A stretch of DNA of 64,000 bases from Ranitomeya imitator. Taxonomy: Eukaryota. A program made the position numbers and the translations under genes. Each line of letters begins with the position of its first letter. Position 1 is the stretch's first letter. Of this stretch, positions 37,312-50,500 are shown one piece after another. The notes under the pieces were generated by a model, which was given only the letters and a program-made list of their open reading frames with translations, did not search any database and was not told the DNA's origin. The stretch spans positions 780,332,001 to 780,396,000 of the forward strand of contig NC_091282.1 of the NCBI RefSeq assembly GCF_032444005.1. Direction: 5' to 3'.

Positions 37312-37334
37312 AAAAAGTTGATCGGAAAGGGTAA

Positions 37335-37720
37335 GGCTATGTGCACACGTAAGAATAGAGGTGCAGAATTTTCTGCACAAAATCCGCATCTCCCGGCAGA
37401 ATCCGCAGCCGCGGATTAGCCACGGTTTTTATGCAGATTTTGTGCGGTTTTTATGCGGAATTGCGGCGGATTTTGTGCGGTATTTGCCACTGCGGATTTT
37501 TAACATGGAGGAATGCAGAAATGCTGCAGATCCGCACAAAAGAAGTGACATGCACTTCTTTGAAATCCTCAGCAATTCCGCACTGATTTTTCCACACAGT
37601 TTTTTTTTTTTTTACCATTGAATAACATTGTACTGTACATCACAGTGCGGATCTGCAGCGTTTCTGCGCGGAAAAATCCGCTGCGGATCCGCAGCAAATC
37701 CGAATTGGGTGCACATAGCC
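37335..37720. mobile_element. Harbinger-like MITE inside the Tc1
   Basis: TIR ggctatgtgcac / gtgcacatagcc with TAA TSD. Confidence 0.8.
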
Positions 37721-37969
37721 TAAAACTTGTAAAGAAGTGCAGACAATGATCGTCTGTTCAGCTAAAGTCATCTCCAATGCTTTACAATGGAAAGCCAAAC
37801 CAGAGAGACGTGGAAGAAAACGGAAGACGACCATTCTAATGGATGGAAGAATAGCCAGAATGGCAAAGGCTCAGCCAGTGATCGGCTCCAGGATGATCAC
37901 AGACCGTCTCATGTTACCTGTGAGGACTGGGACAGGTAGACGCCTGTGTGAAGCTAAGTCCCACAGTTT

Positions 37970-38000
<31 letters not shown>

Positions 38001-38142
38001 TACTGAGGCGGATTCAGTTTGCCAAAGAACACATCAACTGGCCTGAAGAGAAATGGAGAAACATTTTGTGGACTGATGGAAGTAAAATTGCTCTTTTTGG
38101 GTTCAAGGGCCGCAGACAGTTCATCAGACGACCCCCAGACTC

Positions 38143-38500
38143 TAATAATAATAATTTTTATTTATATAGCGCCAACATATGCCGCAGCACTTTACAATTA
38201 AGCGGGGACATGTACAGACAATAAATTCAGTACAAGTTAAGACAATTTAAACAGTGACATTAGGGGTGAGGTCCCTGCTCACAAGCTTACAATCTACAAG
38301 GAAATGGGGGACACAATAGGTGAAAAGTGCTTGTTTTTTCAGGTCTGGCAATAAAAATAAATAGGGATTTTCATATAAAGCTGCATGATCCGGTCATGAG
38401 CCTGTGTGTTTAAGTGCAATAGTCAAGTATCAAGTGCAGTTATCGTGTGCATGGAGGGTGTGGAGACAGATGAATAGTAGGGTACAGACTCTACATTCAG
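38143..38500 (-). mobile_element. L2-clade 3' fragment inside the Tc1
   Basis: Begins ataataataatttttatttatatagcgccaacatatgccgcagcactttaca, the reverse complement of the L2 tail. Confidence 0.7.
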
Positions 38501-38628
38501 CCACAGTACAGTATGAAGACAGTGAACCATGGAGGTGCCAGCATCATGATATGGGCATGTTTCTCTTACTATGGTGCCGGACCTATTTACCACATACCAG
38601 GGATCATGGACCGGTTTGCATATATTAA

Positions 38629-40365
38629 CCCCTTAACGACCAGAGGTATTTTTGGTTTTGCATTTTCATTATTTGCTCCCCTTCTTCCTAGAGTCATAAC
38701 TTTTATTTTTTGGTCAAAATGACCAACTGAGGGCTTGTTTATTGCGGGACGAGTTGCACTTTTGAGCGACACCATTGGTTTTACCATGTCGCGAACTAGA
38801 AAAAAGGGATAAAAAATTCCAAGTGCGGTGAAATTCCCCCCAAAAATGCAATCCCACACTTGTCTTTTGTGTGCTGTTCCATGTATGTTGTTATATTTTA
38901 CTCTTCTGCTACCCAATGGCCTTTTTCCATATGGCAGCTTGTTATTCATTTATTCTTGTGGGCATGTCTTTACTTCTGGTTCAGGGGTCAAGTCTTTTCT
39001 TCCTCTGGCAGCCATTTCATTTTCAGTTTACTTTCTGTTGTGAGAGGACACGCTTTAACCGGGCTTAGGAAGGCATCAGTCTTTCGACCTCTTGCTGCTC
39101 ACACTTGCAGTCATACTTGGTGTTACATCTTACTGTACCTTGTCTACACCTGCATTTCTGGAGAAAGTACTGTATTACCAGTTATCGGCTGTATGTCCAG
39201 ATTTCCAAATAAACAAGTCTGGATTGCACAATCCCTGGTGAGCATCATCTCTTCGGACGCTGAGCAGCATCGGTCCTGTCTGCCCTATAGCGAGGAGAAT
39301 ACTGAAGGTACAATTCTCTCTCACAACGCTTATTAATCAACCACACCTCCATTCGCCTCATGTGGGGACAGAACATTTTGTTTTGGCTATTTTGCTAGGT
39401 TCACTAAATGCTAAAACTGACCTGCCATTATGATTCTCCAGGTCAGTACGAGTTCATAGACACCAAACTCGTCTAGGTTCTTTTTTTATCTAAGTGGTTA
39501 AAAAAATTTGCAAGCTTTGTTAAAAAAAATTGCGCCATTTTCCGATACCCGTAGCGTCTCCATTTTTCGTGATCTCAGGGTGGGTGAGGGCCTATTTTGT
39601 TTGCGTACTGTGCTTACATTTTAGTGATACCATTTTGGTGCAGATACGATCTTTTGATCGCCTGTCATTACATTTTAATGCAATGTCACGGCGACCAAAA
39701 AAACATAATTCTGGTGTTTTGACTTTTCTCGCTACGCCAGTTAGTGATCAGGTTAATCCATTTTTTTAATTGATAGACTGGGCGATTCTGAACACGGCGA
39801 AACCAAATATGTGTATGTTTGATATATATTTTTTTTAATTGTTTTATTTTGAATGGGGAGAAAGGGGGGTGATTTTAACTTTTACAATTTTTTTTTACTT
39901 TTGGCATGCTTCAGTAGTCTGCATGGGAGACTAGAAGCTGCCATAACCCGATCAGCTCAGCTACATATGGGCGATGATCAGATCTCCTCTATATAGCAGA
40001 ATTACTCACTTGCTCTGACCAGCGCTCACAGCAAGTCGGCAGTGATAACCATAGAGGTCTCAAGGAGACCTCTGGTTGTCACGCCATCCCACCGGTTACC
40101 CGCGATCACGTGATGTGGTCACCGGTGAGCTGAGTTCCGGCACGATTGCTGCAAGCGCTTGTTAAATGCCCCTGTCAGAGTTTGACAGAGACATTTAACG
40201 GGTTAATAGCCGGATCGTGATTTCACCCGTGGCTATTGCAGGCACATGTCAGCTGTTCAAAACAGCTGACATGTTCCAGGAAAGATGTGGGCTCACTGCT
40301 GAAGCCCATATCAAAGGGAGGGTGTCCGACGTGCGTGTACTACTATGCCCAACCTCAGAAAGAGG
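38629..40365 (+). mobile_element. Non-autonomous TTAA (piggyBac-like) element, family A copy 1
   Basis: TTAA at 38625-38628 and 40366-40369, with CCCCTTAACGACC...CAGAAAGAGG termini. Paralogous to 46746-47220 + 59086-59663. Confidence 0.8.
38870..39375. mobile_element. Solo LTR (506 bp)
   Basis: TGT...ACA ends with an imperfect 11-bp inverted repeat (TGTGCTGTTCC / TGTTCTGTCCC). 5-bp TSD TTTTG. Internal AATAAA. Absent from the paralog near 46970. Confidence 0.7.
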
Positions 40366-41037
40366 TTAACATACTTGAAGAGGTCTGAATAGGATATGCA
40401 CTGAATAGGATATGCTTTTGAAACACAGCAGTAAATAATAATAATAAACAAGCAAAATCTTCATTCCAGTCCAACAAAATTGAGGTTATGCAGCGAACAG
40501 CCCAATCCCCGGACCTTAATCTGATGGGACACTGGTGGGGTGACATTAAAAATGCCATTTCTGAGGCCAAGCCAACAAATGCCAAAAAATTGTGGGATGT
40601 CGTCCAAGCGTCCTGGGCTGGAATAACAGGTGACAGGGGCAGAAGTTGGTGCCTCTATGCAACATAGATGTGAAGCAGTTGTAAAATACTGTTGATAACA
40701 ACTAAATATTACGTCAGTGATTCATAGGAATGAGAAATCCACACAAAAGAAAGTATATATTGTCAGTTTGTAAAGACAAATGCAGACACTATTTTTTTTG
40801 AACAGGCAATATTCATTTTTTGTTATTTTCTGTAAAGTAGTTAAAAATTATATACATAAAAGTGTGCAATGTTCCCAATGCTGGAAACAAAAACTAGTAT
40901 AAAGCTTTTGTGATTAGGTCATGTTTTTGAACACACTGCTATTATTTTACTATACTTGGTCATTTAATATTTTGTTTGCACAGGCAAACCTTGCTTCAAA
41001 TTGCTCAATGAACAATCTGTAACAGATCAGTAATATA

Positions 41038-42912
41038 CAGGTGCTTCTCACTAATTTAGAATATCAGTTCTTCAATATAAACAGTTAAACTCATATTATA
41101 TAGTCATTACAGAGTGACCTATTTCACGTGTTTATTTCTGTTAATGTTGATGATTATGGCTTAGCCAATGAAAACACAAAAGTCATCTCAGTAAATTAGA
41201 ATAATTAACAAAAACGACCTGCAAAGGCTTCTGAGGGTATGTGCACACGTTGCGGATTTGGCTGCGGATCTGCAGTGGATTTGATGCTGCGGATTCGCAG
41301 CAGTTTTCCATGCATTGTACAGTACCATGTAAACATATGGAAAACAAAATCCGCAGTGCTGCAGAAAATACCATGCGGAAACGCTGAGGTTAATTTTCCG
41401 CAGCATGTCAATTCTTTGTGCGGATTCCGCAGCGTTTTACACCTGCTCCATAACTGGAATCCGCAGGTGTAAAAAAGCATATGAAAACCGCACAAAATCA
41501 GCGGTAAATCCACAGGTAAAACGCAGGGCGTTTAACCTGCAGATTTTTCAGAATCTGCGCGGAAAAATTTGCACATGAATCCACGTGTGCACATACCCTG
41601 AAGGGTTCAGAAAGGATCCATAGTCTGTTGTAGTACGCTCCACAATCATGGGGAAGACTGCTGACTTGACAGCAGGTCTGTGGAGTTGGTAAGCCATACC
41701 TCCGACTCCTCAATTTCCATGACACAGACTCCACCAAAATGGGCTCCGACTCTACAGCCTTGCTTGACAGATGTCCAGAAGGCAGTCATTGACACACTCC
41801 ACACGGAGGGTAAGCCACAAAAGGTCATTGCTAAAGAAGCTGGCTGTTAACAGAGTGCTGTACCAAAGCATATTAATGAAAAGTTGAGTGGAAGGAAAGT
41901 GCAGTAGAAAAAGGTGCACAAGCAATCGGGATAACCGCAGACTTGAAAGGCGTATCCAGGACATGGGCTACAAGTGTGGCATTTCTTGTGTTAAGCCACT
42001 TATGACCAAAAGACAACGTCAGAAGCGTCTTACCTGGGCCAAGGAGAAAAAGAACTGGACTGTTGCTCAGTGGTACAAGATGTTGTTTTCAGATGAAAGT
42101 AAATTTAGCATTTAATTTGGAAATCAAGGCCCCAGAGTCTGGAGGAAGAGTGGAGAGGCCACAATCCAAGCTGCTTGAGGTCTAGTGTGAAGTTTCCACA
42201 GTCAGTGATGGTTTGGGGATCCATGTCATCTGCTGTGTAGGTCCACTGTGTTTTATAAAGACCAAAGTCAGTGCAGCAGTCTACCAGGAAATTTTAGAGC
42301 ACTTCATGCTTCCCTTTGCCGACAAGCTTTTTGGAGATGGAAATTTCATTCTCCAGCAGGACTTGGCACCTGACCACACTGCCAAAAGTATTAACACCTG
42401 GTTTAAAAGATACAGTATCACTGTGCTTGATTGGCAGCAAACTCACCTGACCTTAACCCCATAGATAATCTAAGGGGTATTGTCAAGAGGAAGATGAGAC
42501 ACCAGAACCAACAATGCAGACGAGCTGAAGGCTGTTATCAAAGCAACCTGGGCTTCCATAACACCTCAGCAGTGCCACAGGCTGATCGCCTCCATGCCAC
42601 ACCGCATTGATGCAGTAATTGATGCAAAAGGAGCCCCGACCAAGTATTGAGTGTATTTACTGCATTTCAGTAGGCCAACATTTTGGATTTTAAAAGCATT
42701 TTCAAGCTGGTGTTATAAAGTATTCTAATTTACTGAGATAATAAACTTTTGGGTTTTCATTGGCTGCAAGCCACAATCATTAACATTAACAGAAATAAAC
42801 ACTTGAAATAGATCACTCTTTGTAATGGCTCTATATAATGAGTTTCACTTTTTGTTTTTAAGAACTGAATGAAATTAACTTTTTGATATTCTAATTTTGT
42901 CAGAAGCACTAG
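41038..42912 (+). mobile_element. Tc1/mariner transposon with a decayed transposase and a nested MITE (41235-41598, TGA TSD)
   Basis: TA TSD and TIR CAGGTGCTTCTCAC..AATTAGAATATC. Motifs LFSDESKF and FILQQDLAPDHTAK. Confidence 0.9.
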
Positions 42913-43199
42913 TATATGCGGGAGCTGCCGTGTACAATTTCCCAAAATTTGCAGTAAATGTATTGATTCCCTCCGACTCCATAACTAGTGGGGAAGTGCG
43001 CCAGGTTGGGGTGATGGCTGACCATTGGGGAGAGGGAACCACAGCTTCTTCGATGTGGTATTCGATCCTGCCCTTTAACAACCTATCTCCCACCCAGAAG
43101 TAGCAATGATAATTCTTTAATTTAGTCTGTTTGGTCTGATTTTACGTTTGTGGGTAGAACCCACAGAGATATGTTTTGAGATATTATATTGAAGCTCTC

Positions 43200-44662
43200 T
43201 GTATCTGTTCTACATTACCTTTAATACTGTTACTCTCCATCAGAGTAGCGGTCATATACCAGCCCCGAGGCTCACCCACCCACCCACTTCATGGACCATT
43301 TCTCTGCCTGGCTGCCGCACTTCATGTCCCCAGAACTACCAACCCTTATCCTGGGAGACTTCAACATCCCCAAAAACAGCCCCACTTCCACATCTGCATC
43401 CCAGCTTCTATCACTAACCACTTCTCTAGGCCTCTCACAACTCTCAACCTCTGAAACACGCAAAGATGGTAACACCCTGGACCTGGTTTTCGCCCGACTC
43501 TGCTCAATCTCCTACCTTGATAACTCACCGCTTCCCCTCTCTGACCACAACATTCTCTCTTTCACACTCACAAATCCTCGCTCATCCCAGCACCCTCCTA
43601 CCTACCATTCAGTCAGAAATCTACATGCCATTAACCCTCATACTTTCAGACTCCCTACGCTCATCATTGTCCCCAATCTCTTCTTTTTCCTGTCCTGATC
43701 TGGCCGTACATCACTTCAATGACATTCTTAGAAGCACCCTTGACCAAGTAGCTCCCCTCACCCTCAGAACCTCCAAACACAGAGTGAAACAGCCCTGGCT
43801 CACATCACAAACCCGATCTCTCCCGTATCCAATCTCTTGCCTGCTCGTGCCGCTTACACCTAAAGAACATCTCTAGAATCCGCCCTTTTCTCACCATGGA
43901 AACAACATAAACCCTCACTGTCGCCCTGATCCACTCCTGCCTGGACTACTGTAATGCTCTACTAATTGGCCTCCCCCTTACTCGACTTTCCCCTCTCCAG
44001 TCTATCCTTAATGCAGCAGCCAGGGTCGTCCATCTGGATAATCGTTACTCAGATGCATCCGCTCTTCGCCAGTCGTTACACTGGCTGCCCATTCATCACA
44101 GGATACAATTCAAAGTACTTGTTCTCACCCACAAAGCTCTCCACAGTGCGGCACCCCCATACATTTCCTCCCTCATTTCTGTCTATCGGCTTAACCGACC
44201 GCTGAGCTCTGCAAATGACTTTCGACTAACCTCTGCACTAATCCGTACCTCCCACTCCCGACTCCAAGACTTCTCCCGTGCTGCTCCAATCCTCTGGAAT
44301 GCTCTACCCCAAGATATTAGGACCATCCACAATATGCATAGTTTTAGGCGCTCGCTCAAAACACATTTGTTCAGAGCGGCCTATCACATTCAGTAATCAA
44401 AGTCATTTTATGTTTGTGTGTGTGTAGCCCATTAACTATCTCCATCTATCCACCACCCCCTGAAGATGGCTGGACCATCATTGTAAATACACACCTGTAC
44501 TTTGTATCTCCCCCACCTCATTGTAGATTGTAAGCTCTCATGAGCAAGGTCGTTTTATTTCACTTTAATTATTGTATTGTTAACGTTGTTACGGTTTGTG
44601 TTTGAAACTGTTAAATTGTAAAGCGCTGCGGAATATGTTGGCGCTAAATAAAGATTATTATG
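43200..44662 (+). mobile_element. L2-clade LINE with a large internal deletion
   Basis: APE motifs LILGDFNI, GNTLDLVF and LSDHNILSF. C-terminal motifs LIHSCLDYCNALL and LHWLPI..RIQFKVL. 3' tail tgtaaagcgctgcggaatatgttggcgctaaataaagattattat. Confidence 0.88.
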
Positions 44663-45464
44663 TATTAAATTCGTTATTGGATTAAATTAAATTCGATTAT
44701 TGGACGTCAAAACTTGTTAATTTGCTGTATCCTTAATGTATCTCCTCAATAAGCGCAGGTCAGCAGCAAAATAACATCCATTTTATTGAATTGTGAAACC
44801 TGAGGATTTTTCTACACAAAAAAAAACCTTGCATTTTTTTGTGATACAGGGAAACCTGTATCACATGATTTCTGGTGCAAATTATTGTAGAACTGTAAGC
44901 TTTCTAAATCACTCCCATAGCATGATTTTAAGGATTTTTTTTTTTTGTGCAAAATAGCACTATGATTGTGGGTAAATAATCTAAGGCTAGTAGTGAATCC
45001 AATAGTTCTTGCATGTTATTTTTATTTTTTTCCAGCAAAATATATTCCAAATTATTTTTTCCATTCCATTCCTTTAATTCTTCCTTATGAGTTTGGCTGA
45101 AGAAAAAAAAAAGCTAGATGCCTGCCATGAAGTACAGGACATACTGTAAATTAGCTGTGTTGTTTTACTTCATCACATATCAATCACTTTCCATAGGAAG
45201 TAAATGTGCATGGCTAACAATTACAGGGGAATGCAGCTTCTCAGTCACCATGTAGTACTTCCCCTTTAATAGACGGTTATTGTTGCAGTTGTACAAAAGA
45301 CATTTTAACAATGAAAGTGAACTTTAGGAGGAAGGTTTGTGGAGTTGTGTAGATGTGGTATGTGCATAGTTCACAGCTCCCTGCCAGCGCCTAGCAACAT
45401 GCAAAAGTGCTAATAAAGTGGCTGCATCAACAAGGAGTCCCTGCAGTTCACTTTCTGATGATCT

Positions 45465-45625
45465 TTTTAATCATAGACCTGAGACAGGGACAAGGGGGCA
45501 TCCTCTACATCTGGAGGAAAGAAGATTTAGGTATAATAACAGACGCGGGTTCTTTACTGTAAGAGCAGTGAGACTATGGAACGCTCTGCCTTATGATGTT
45601 GTAATGAGTGGTTCATTACTTAAAT
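45465..45625 (+). mobile_element. CR1 LINE 3' fragment, split by a T2 MITE (continues 45962-45972)
   Basis: Motif TRGHPLHLEERRF...RRGFFTVRAVRLWNALP. Confidence 0.8.
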
Positions 45626-45629
45626 TTAA

Positions 45630-45957
45630 AGGGACTCTGTCACCTGAATTTGGCGGGACTGGTTTTGGGTCATATGGGCGGAGTTTTCGGGTGTTTGATT
45701 CACCCTTTCCTTACCCGCTGGCTGCATGCTGGCTGCAATATTGGATTGAAGTTCACTCTTTGTCCTCCGTAGTACATGCCTGCACAAGGCAATCTTGCTT
45801 TGCGCAGGCATGTACTATGGAGGACAGAGAATGAACTTCAATCCAATATTGCAGCCAGCATGCAGCCAGCGGGTAAGGAAAGGGTGAATCAAACACCTGA
45901 AAACTCCGCCCATATGACCCAAAACCAGTCCCGCCAAATTCAGGTGACAGAGTCCCT
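45630..45957. mobile_element. Kolobok/T2-type palindromic MITE (copy 2)
   Basis: TTAA TSD and near-perfect foldback. Same family as 13831-14158. Confidence 0.88.
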
Positions 45958-46344
45958 TTAAGAGGGCTGGAGACCACGATCTGCCCCCGATCTCCCCCCC
46001 TCCGTCCTGTCCTCTGCTCCCCTCCGTCCTCCTGTCCACTCCCCCCTTGATCCGATCTCACCCCGCGTGCTCCGATCCCACCCCCTCATACTTACCGACC
46101 TCCGGTGTCCGTCCGTCTTCTGCATGGGCGCCGCCATCTTCCAAAATGGCGGGCGCATATGCGCAGTGCGCCCGTCAAATCATATCACAGTGATAAAAAT
46201 AGAAAAAAATAGTAAATAAATCACCCCCATAGGTAGGGAACAAAATAAAATAAAGAAAATATATTTATTTTTATCTTTTCACTAGGAATAGGGTTAGAAC
46301 TAGGACTATGGTTAGAACTAGCTTTAGAAACAGAGTTAGAATTA

Positions 46345-46705
46345 GTCTATGTGCACATGGTGTGGATTTGGCTGTGGATCCGCAGCGGATTTGCCACTGC
46401 GGATTCGTAGCAGTTTTCCATCACGTTTACAGTACCATGTAAACCTATGAAAAACCAAATCTGCTGTGCCCATGGTGTGGAAAATACCGAGCGGTATTTT
46501 CAGCAGCATGTCAATTCTTTGTGCGGATCCAACAGCGTTTTACAGCTGTTCCTGTATAGGAATCCACTGGTGAAATCCGCACCAAAAACACTGGAAATCC
46601 ACGGTAAATACGCAGGTAAAACGCAGTGCGTTTTACCTGTGGATTTTTCAAAAACGGTGAGGAAAACTAAAAAAAAACACAAATCCGCAACGTGGGCACA
46701 TAGCC
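46345..46705. mobile_element. Harbinger-like MITE in the telomere-like tract
   Basis: TIR g(t/g)ctatgtgc(a/c)cac with TTA TSD. Confidence 0.75.
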
Positions 46706-47553
46706 TTAGGGTTGGATTTAGAGTTAGGGTTGGAATTAGGGTTAACCCCTTCATGACCTAGTGATTTTCCGTTTTTACCGTGTTCGTTTTTTGCTCCCCT
46801 TCTTCCTAGAGCCATAACTTTTTTATTTTTCCGTCAATATCGCCATGTGAGGGCTTATTTTTGTACTTTTGAACGACGACATTGGTTTTAGCATATCATG
46901 TACTAGAAAACGGGAAAAAAATTCCAAGTGCGGTGAAATTGCAAAAAAAGTGCAATCCCACACTTTTTTTTTGTTTGGCTTTTTTGCTAGGTTCACTAAA
47001 TGCTAAAACTGACCGGCCATTATGATTCTCCAGGTAAGTACGAGTTCATAGACAAAAATTCCAAACTTTGCTACAAAAAAAAAAATGCGACATTTTCCAA
47101 TACCTGTAGCGTCTCCATTTTTCATGATCTGGGGTTGGGTGAGGGCTTATTTTTTACGTGCTGAGCTGGCGTTTTTAATGATAGCGTTATTACATTTTAA
47201 TGCAATGTCACAGCGACCAAAAACAGGATTTTTGGTTGCTTACCGTAAAATCTGTTTCTTGGAGCCTCCATTGGGGGACACAGGAACCATGGGTGTATGC
47301 TGCTGCCACTAGGAGGCTGACACTATGCAAATAAGAAAGTTAGCTCCTCCTCTGCAGTGTACACCCCACCGACTGGCATTATACTCTTCAGTTAGTGAGA
47401 AAGCAGTAGAAGATAATGAACAAGGTTGAAAAACCATAACCATAAACATGAGAACTGTAAACGTGAGAACAGTCATAGAACATAAAACAACAGAAACATT
47501 GGGAGGGAGCTGTGTCCCCCAATGGAGGCTCCAAGAAACAGATTTTACGTTAA

Positions 47554-50500
47554 CCCCTTAAGCCCCGAGGGTGGTTTGCACGTTAATGACCGGGCCAATT
47601 TTTACAATTCTGACCACTATCCCTTTATGAGGTTATAACTCTGGAACGCTTCAACGGATCTTGGCGATTCTGACATTGTATTCTCGTGACATATTGTACT
47701 TCATGTTAGGGGTAACATTTATTCGATATAACTTGCGTTTATTTGTGAAAAAAACGGAAATTTGGCGAAAATTTAGAAAATTTCGCAATTTTCCAACTTT
47801 AAATTTTTATGCCCTTAAATCACAGAGATATGTCACGCAAAATACTTAATAAGTAACATTTCCCACGTGTCTACTTTACATCAGCACAATTTTGGAACCC
47901 AAATTTGTTTTTGTTAGGGAGTTATAAGGGTTAAAAGTTGACCAGCAATTTCTCATTTTTACAACACCATTTTTTTTAGGGACCACATCTCATTTGAAGT
48001 AATTTTGAGGGGTCTATATGATAGAAAATACCCAAGTGTGACACCATTCTAAAAACTGCACCCCTCAAGGTGCTCAAAACCACATTCAGAAGTTTATTAA
48101 CCCTTCAGGGGTTTCACAGGAATTTTTGGAATCTTTAAATAAAAATGAATATTTAACTTTTTTTCACACAAAATTTATTTCAGCTCCAATTTGTTTTATT
48201 TTACCAAGGGTAACAGGATAAAATGGATGCCAAACGTTGTTGTACAATCTGTCCTGAGTACGCTGATACCCCATATGTGGGGGTAAACCACTGCTTGGGC
48301 GCATGGCAGAGCTCGGAAGGAGCGCCATTTGACTTTTCATTGCAAAATTGACAGGAATTGAGATGGGACGCCATGTTGCGTTTGGAGAGCCCCTCATGTG
48401 CCTAAACATTGAAACCCCCCACAAGTGACACCATTTTGGAAAGTAGACACCCTAAGGAACTTATCTAGATGTGTGGTGAGCACTTTGACCCACCAATTGC
48501 TTCACAGAAGTTTATAATGCAGAGCCGTAAAAATAAAAAATCATATTTTTTCACAAAAATGATCTTTTCGCCCCCAATTTTTTATTTTCCCAAGAGTAAG
48601 AGAAGAAATTGGACCTCAAAAATTGTTGTCCAATTTGTCCTGAGTACGCTGATACCCCATATATGGGTGTAAACCATTGTTTGGGCGTATGGCAGAGCTC
48701 GGAAGGGAAGGAGCGCCATTTTACTTTTCAATGCAAAATTGACTGGAATTGAGATGGGATGCCATGTTGCGTTTGGAGAGCCCCTGATGTGCCTAAACAT
48801 TGAAATCCCCACAAGTGACACCATTTTGGAAAGTAGACCCCTTAAGGAACTTATCTAGATGTGTGGTGAGCACTTTGAGCCAACAAATGCTTCACAGAAG
48901 TTTATAATGCAGAGCAGTAAAAATAAAAAATCATATTTTTTCACAAAAATGATCTTTTCGCCCCCAATTTTTTATTTTCCCAAGGGTAAGAGAAGAAATT
49001 AGACCACAAAAGTTGTTGTGCAATTTGTCCTGAGTGCGACTATACCCCATATGTGGGGGTAAACCACTTTTTGGGCGCATAGCAGAGCTCGGAAGGGAAG
49101 GAGCGCCATTTGACTTTTCAATGCAAAATTGACTGGAATTAAGATGGGACGCCATGTTGGTTTGGAGAGCCCCTGATGTGCCTAAACATTAAAACGCCCC
49201 ACAAGTGACACCATTTTGGAAACTAGACCCCCTAAGGAACTTATCTAGATGTGTTTTGAGAGCTTTGAACCCCCAAGTGTTTCACTACAGTTTTTAACGC
49301 AGAGCCGTTAAAATAATTTTTTTTTTCGCAAAAATTATTTTTTAGCCCCCAGTTTTGTATTTTCACAAGGGTAACAGAATAAATTGGACCCCAAAAGTTG
49401 TTGTCCAATTTGTCCTGAGTACGCTGATACCCCATATGTGGGGGGGAACCACTGTTTGGGCGCATGGCAGAGCTCGGAAGGGAAGGAGCGCCATTTGGAA
49501 TGCAGACTTAGATGGATTGGTTTGCAGGCGTCACGTTGCATTTGCAGAGCCCCTGATGTACCCAAACAGTACAAACCCCCCACAAGTGACCTCATATTGG
49601 AAACTAGACCTCCCAAGGAACTTATCTAGATGTGTTGTGAAAACTTTGAACCCCCAAGTGTTTCACTACAGTTTACAACGCAGAGCCGTGAAAATAAAAA
49701 ATCCTTTTTTTTCCCACAAAAATGATTTTTAGCCCCCCAAATTTTTATTTTCCCAAGGATAACAAGAGAACTTGGACCCAAAAAGCTGTTGTCCAATTTG
49801 TCTCGAGTACGATGATACCCCATATGTTGGGGTAAACCCCTGTTTGGGCGCACGGGAGAGCTCGGAAGTGAAGGAGCACTGTTTTACTTTTTCAATGCAG
49901 AATTGGCTGGAATTGAGATCGGACGCCATGTCGCGTTTGGAGAGCCCCTGATGTGCCTAAACAGTGGAAACCCCCCAATTATAAATGAAACCCTAATCCA
50001 AACGCACCCCTAACCCTAATCCCAACTGTAACCCTAACCACACACCTAACCCTGACACACCCCTAATTCTAATCCCAACCCTAATCCCAACCGTAAATGT
50101 AATCCAAACCCTAACCCTAATGTGAAAATGGAAATAAATACATTTTTTTTAATTTTATTATTTTTCCCTAAGGCTAGGTTCACATTGCGTTAGGGAAATC
50201 CGTTTAGCGCTAGCGGATTGCGCTAATGCAAAGTCTTTTTAGGTGTCATGTTTAGTGGTCGCGTTAACGTCCCCGCTCTGGAAGATCGGGGATCGGACCT
50301 CGGGCGCGCCGCGGACGCTGCAAGCAGCGTCCGAGGCGCGCCACAAAAGAACGGCACCTTGCTAGCGCGAGCCGAAAATGGCACGCTCTAGCGATGCGCT
50401 ACACCCGAAAATCACATTGCTGTCAATGGTTGTGCTAACGGACCCGTTGCACGGCGTTAATTGTGACATTTTCGCCGTGCAACGCTGTCCGTTAGCGTTA

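Larger units (their letters stand above)
32550..40955 (+). mobile_element. Fragmented Tc1 element hosting L1, MITEs, L2 and a piggyBac-like insertion (5' end may extend to ~31620)
   Basis: The transposase can be rejoined across the insertions: MGHSRHCTEEQRTLIKKLIG|KG...KEVQTMI...RRGRKRKTT...LWTDGSK...HGGASIMIWACF...FAYIN|ILEE. The AATAATAGCAGTG motif appears at both ends in inverted orientation. Confidence 0.8.
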
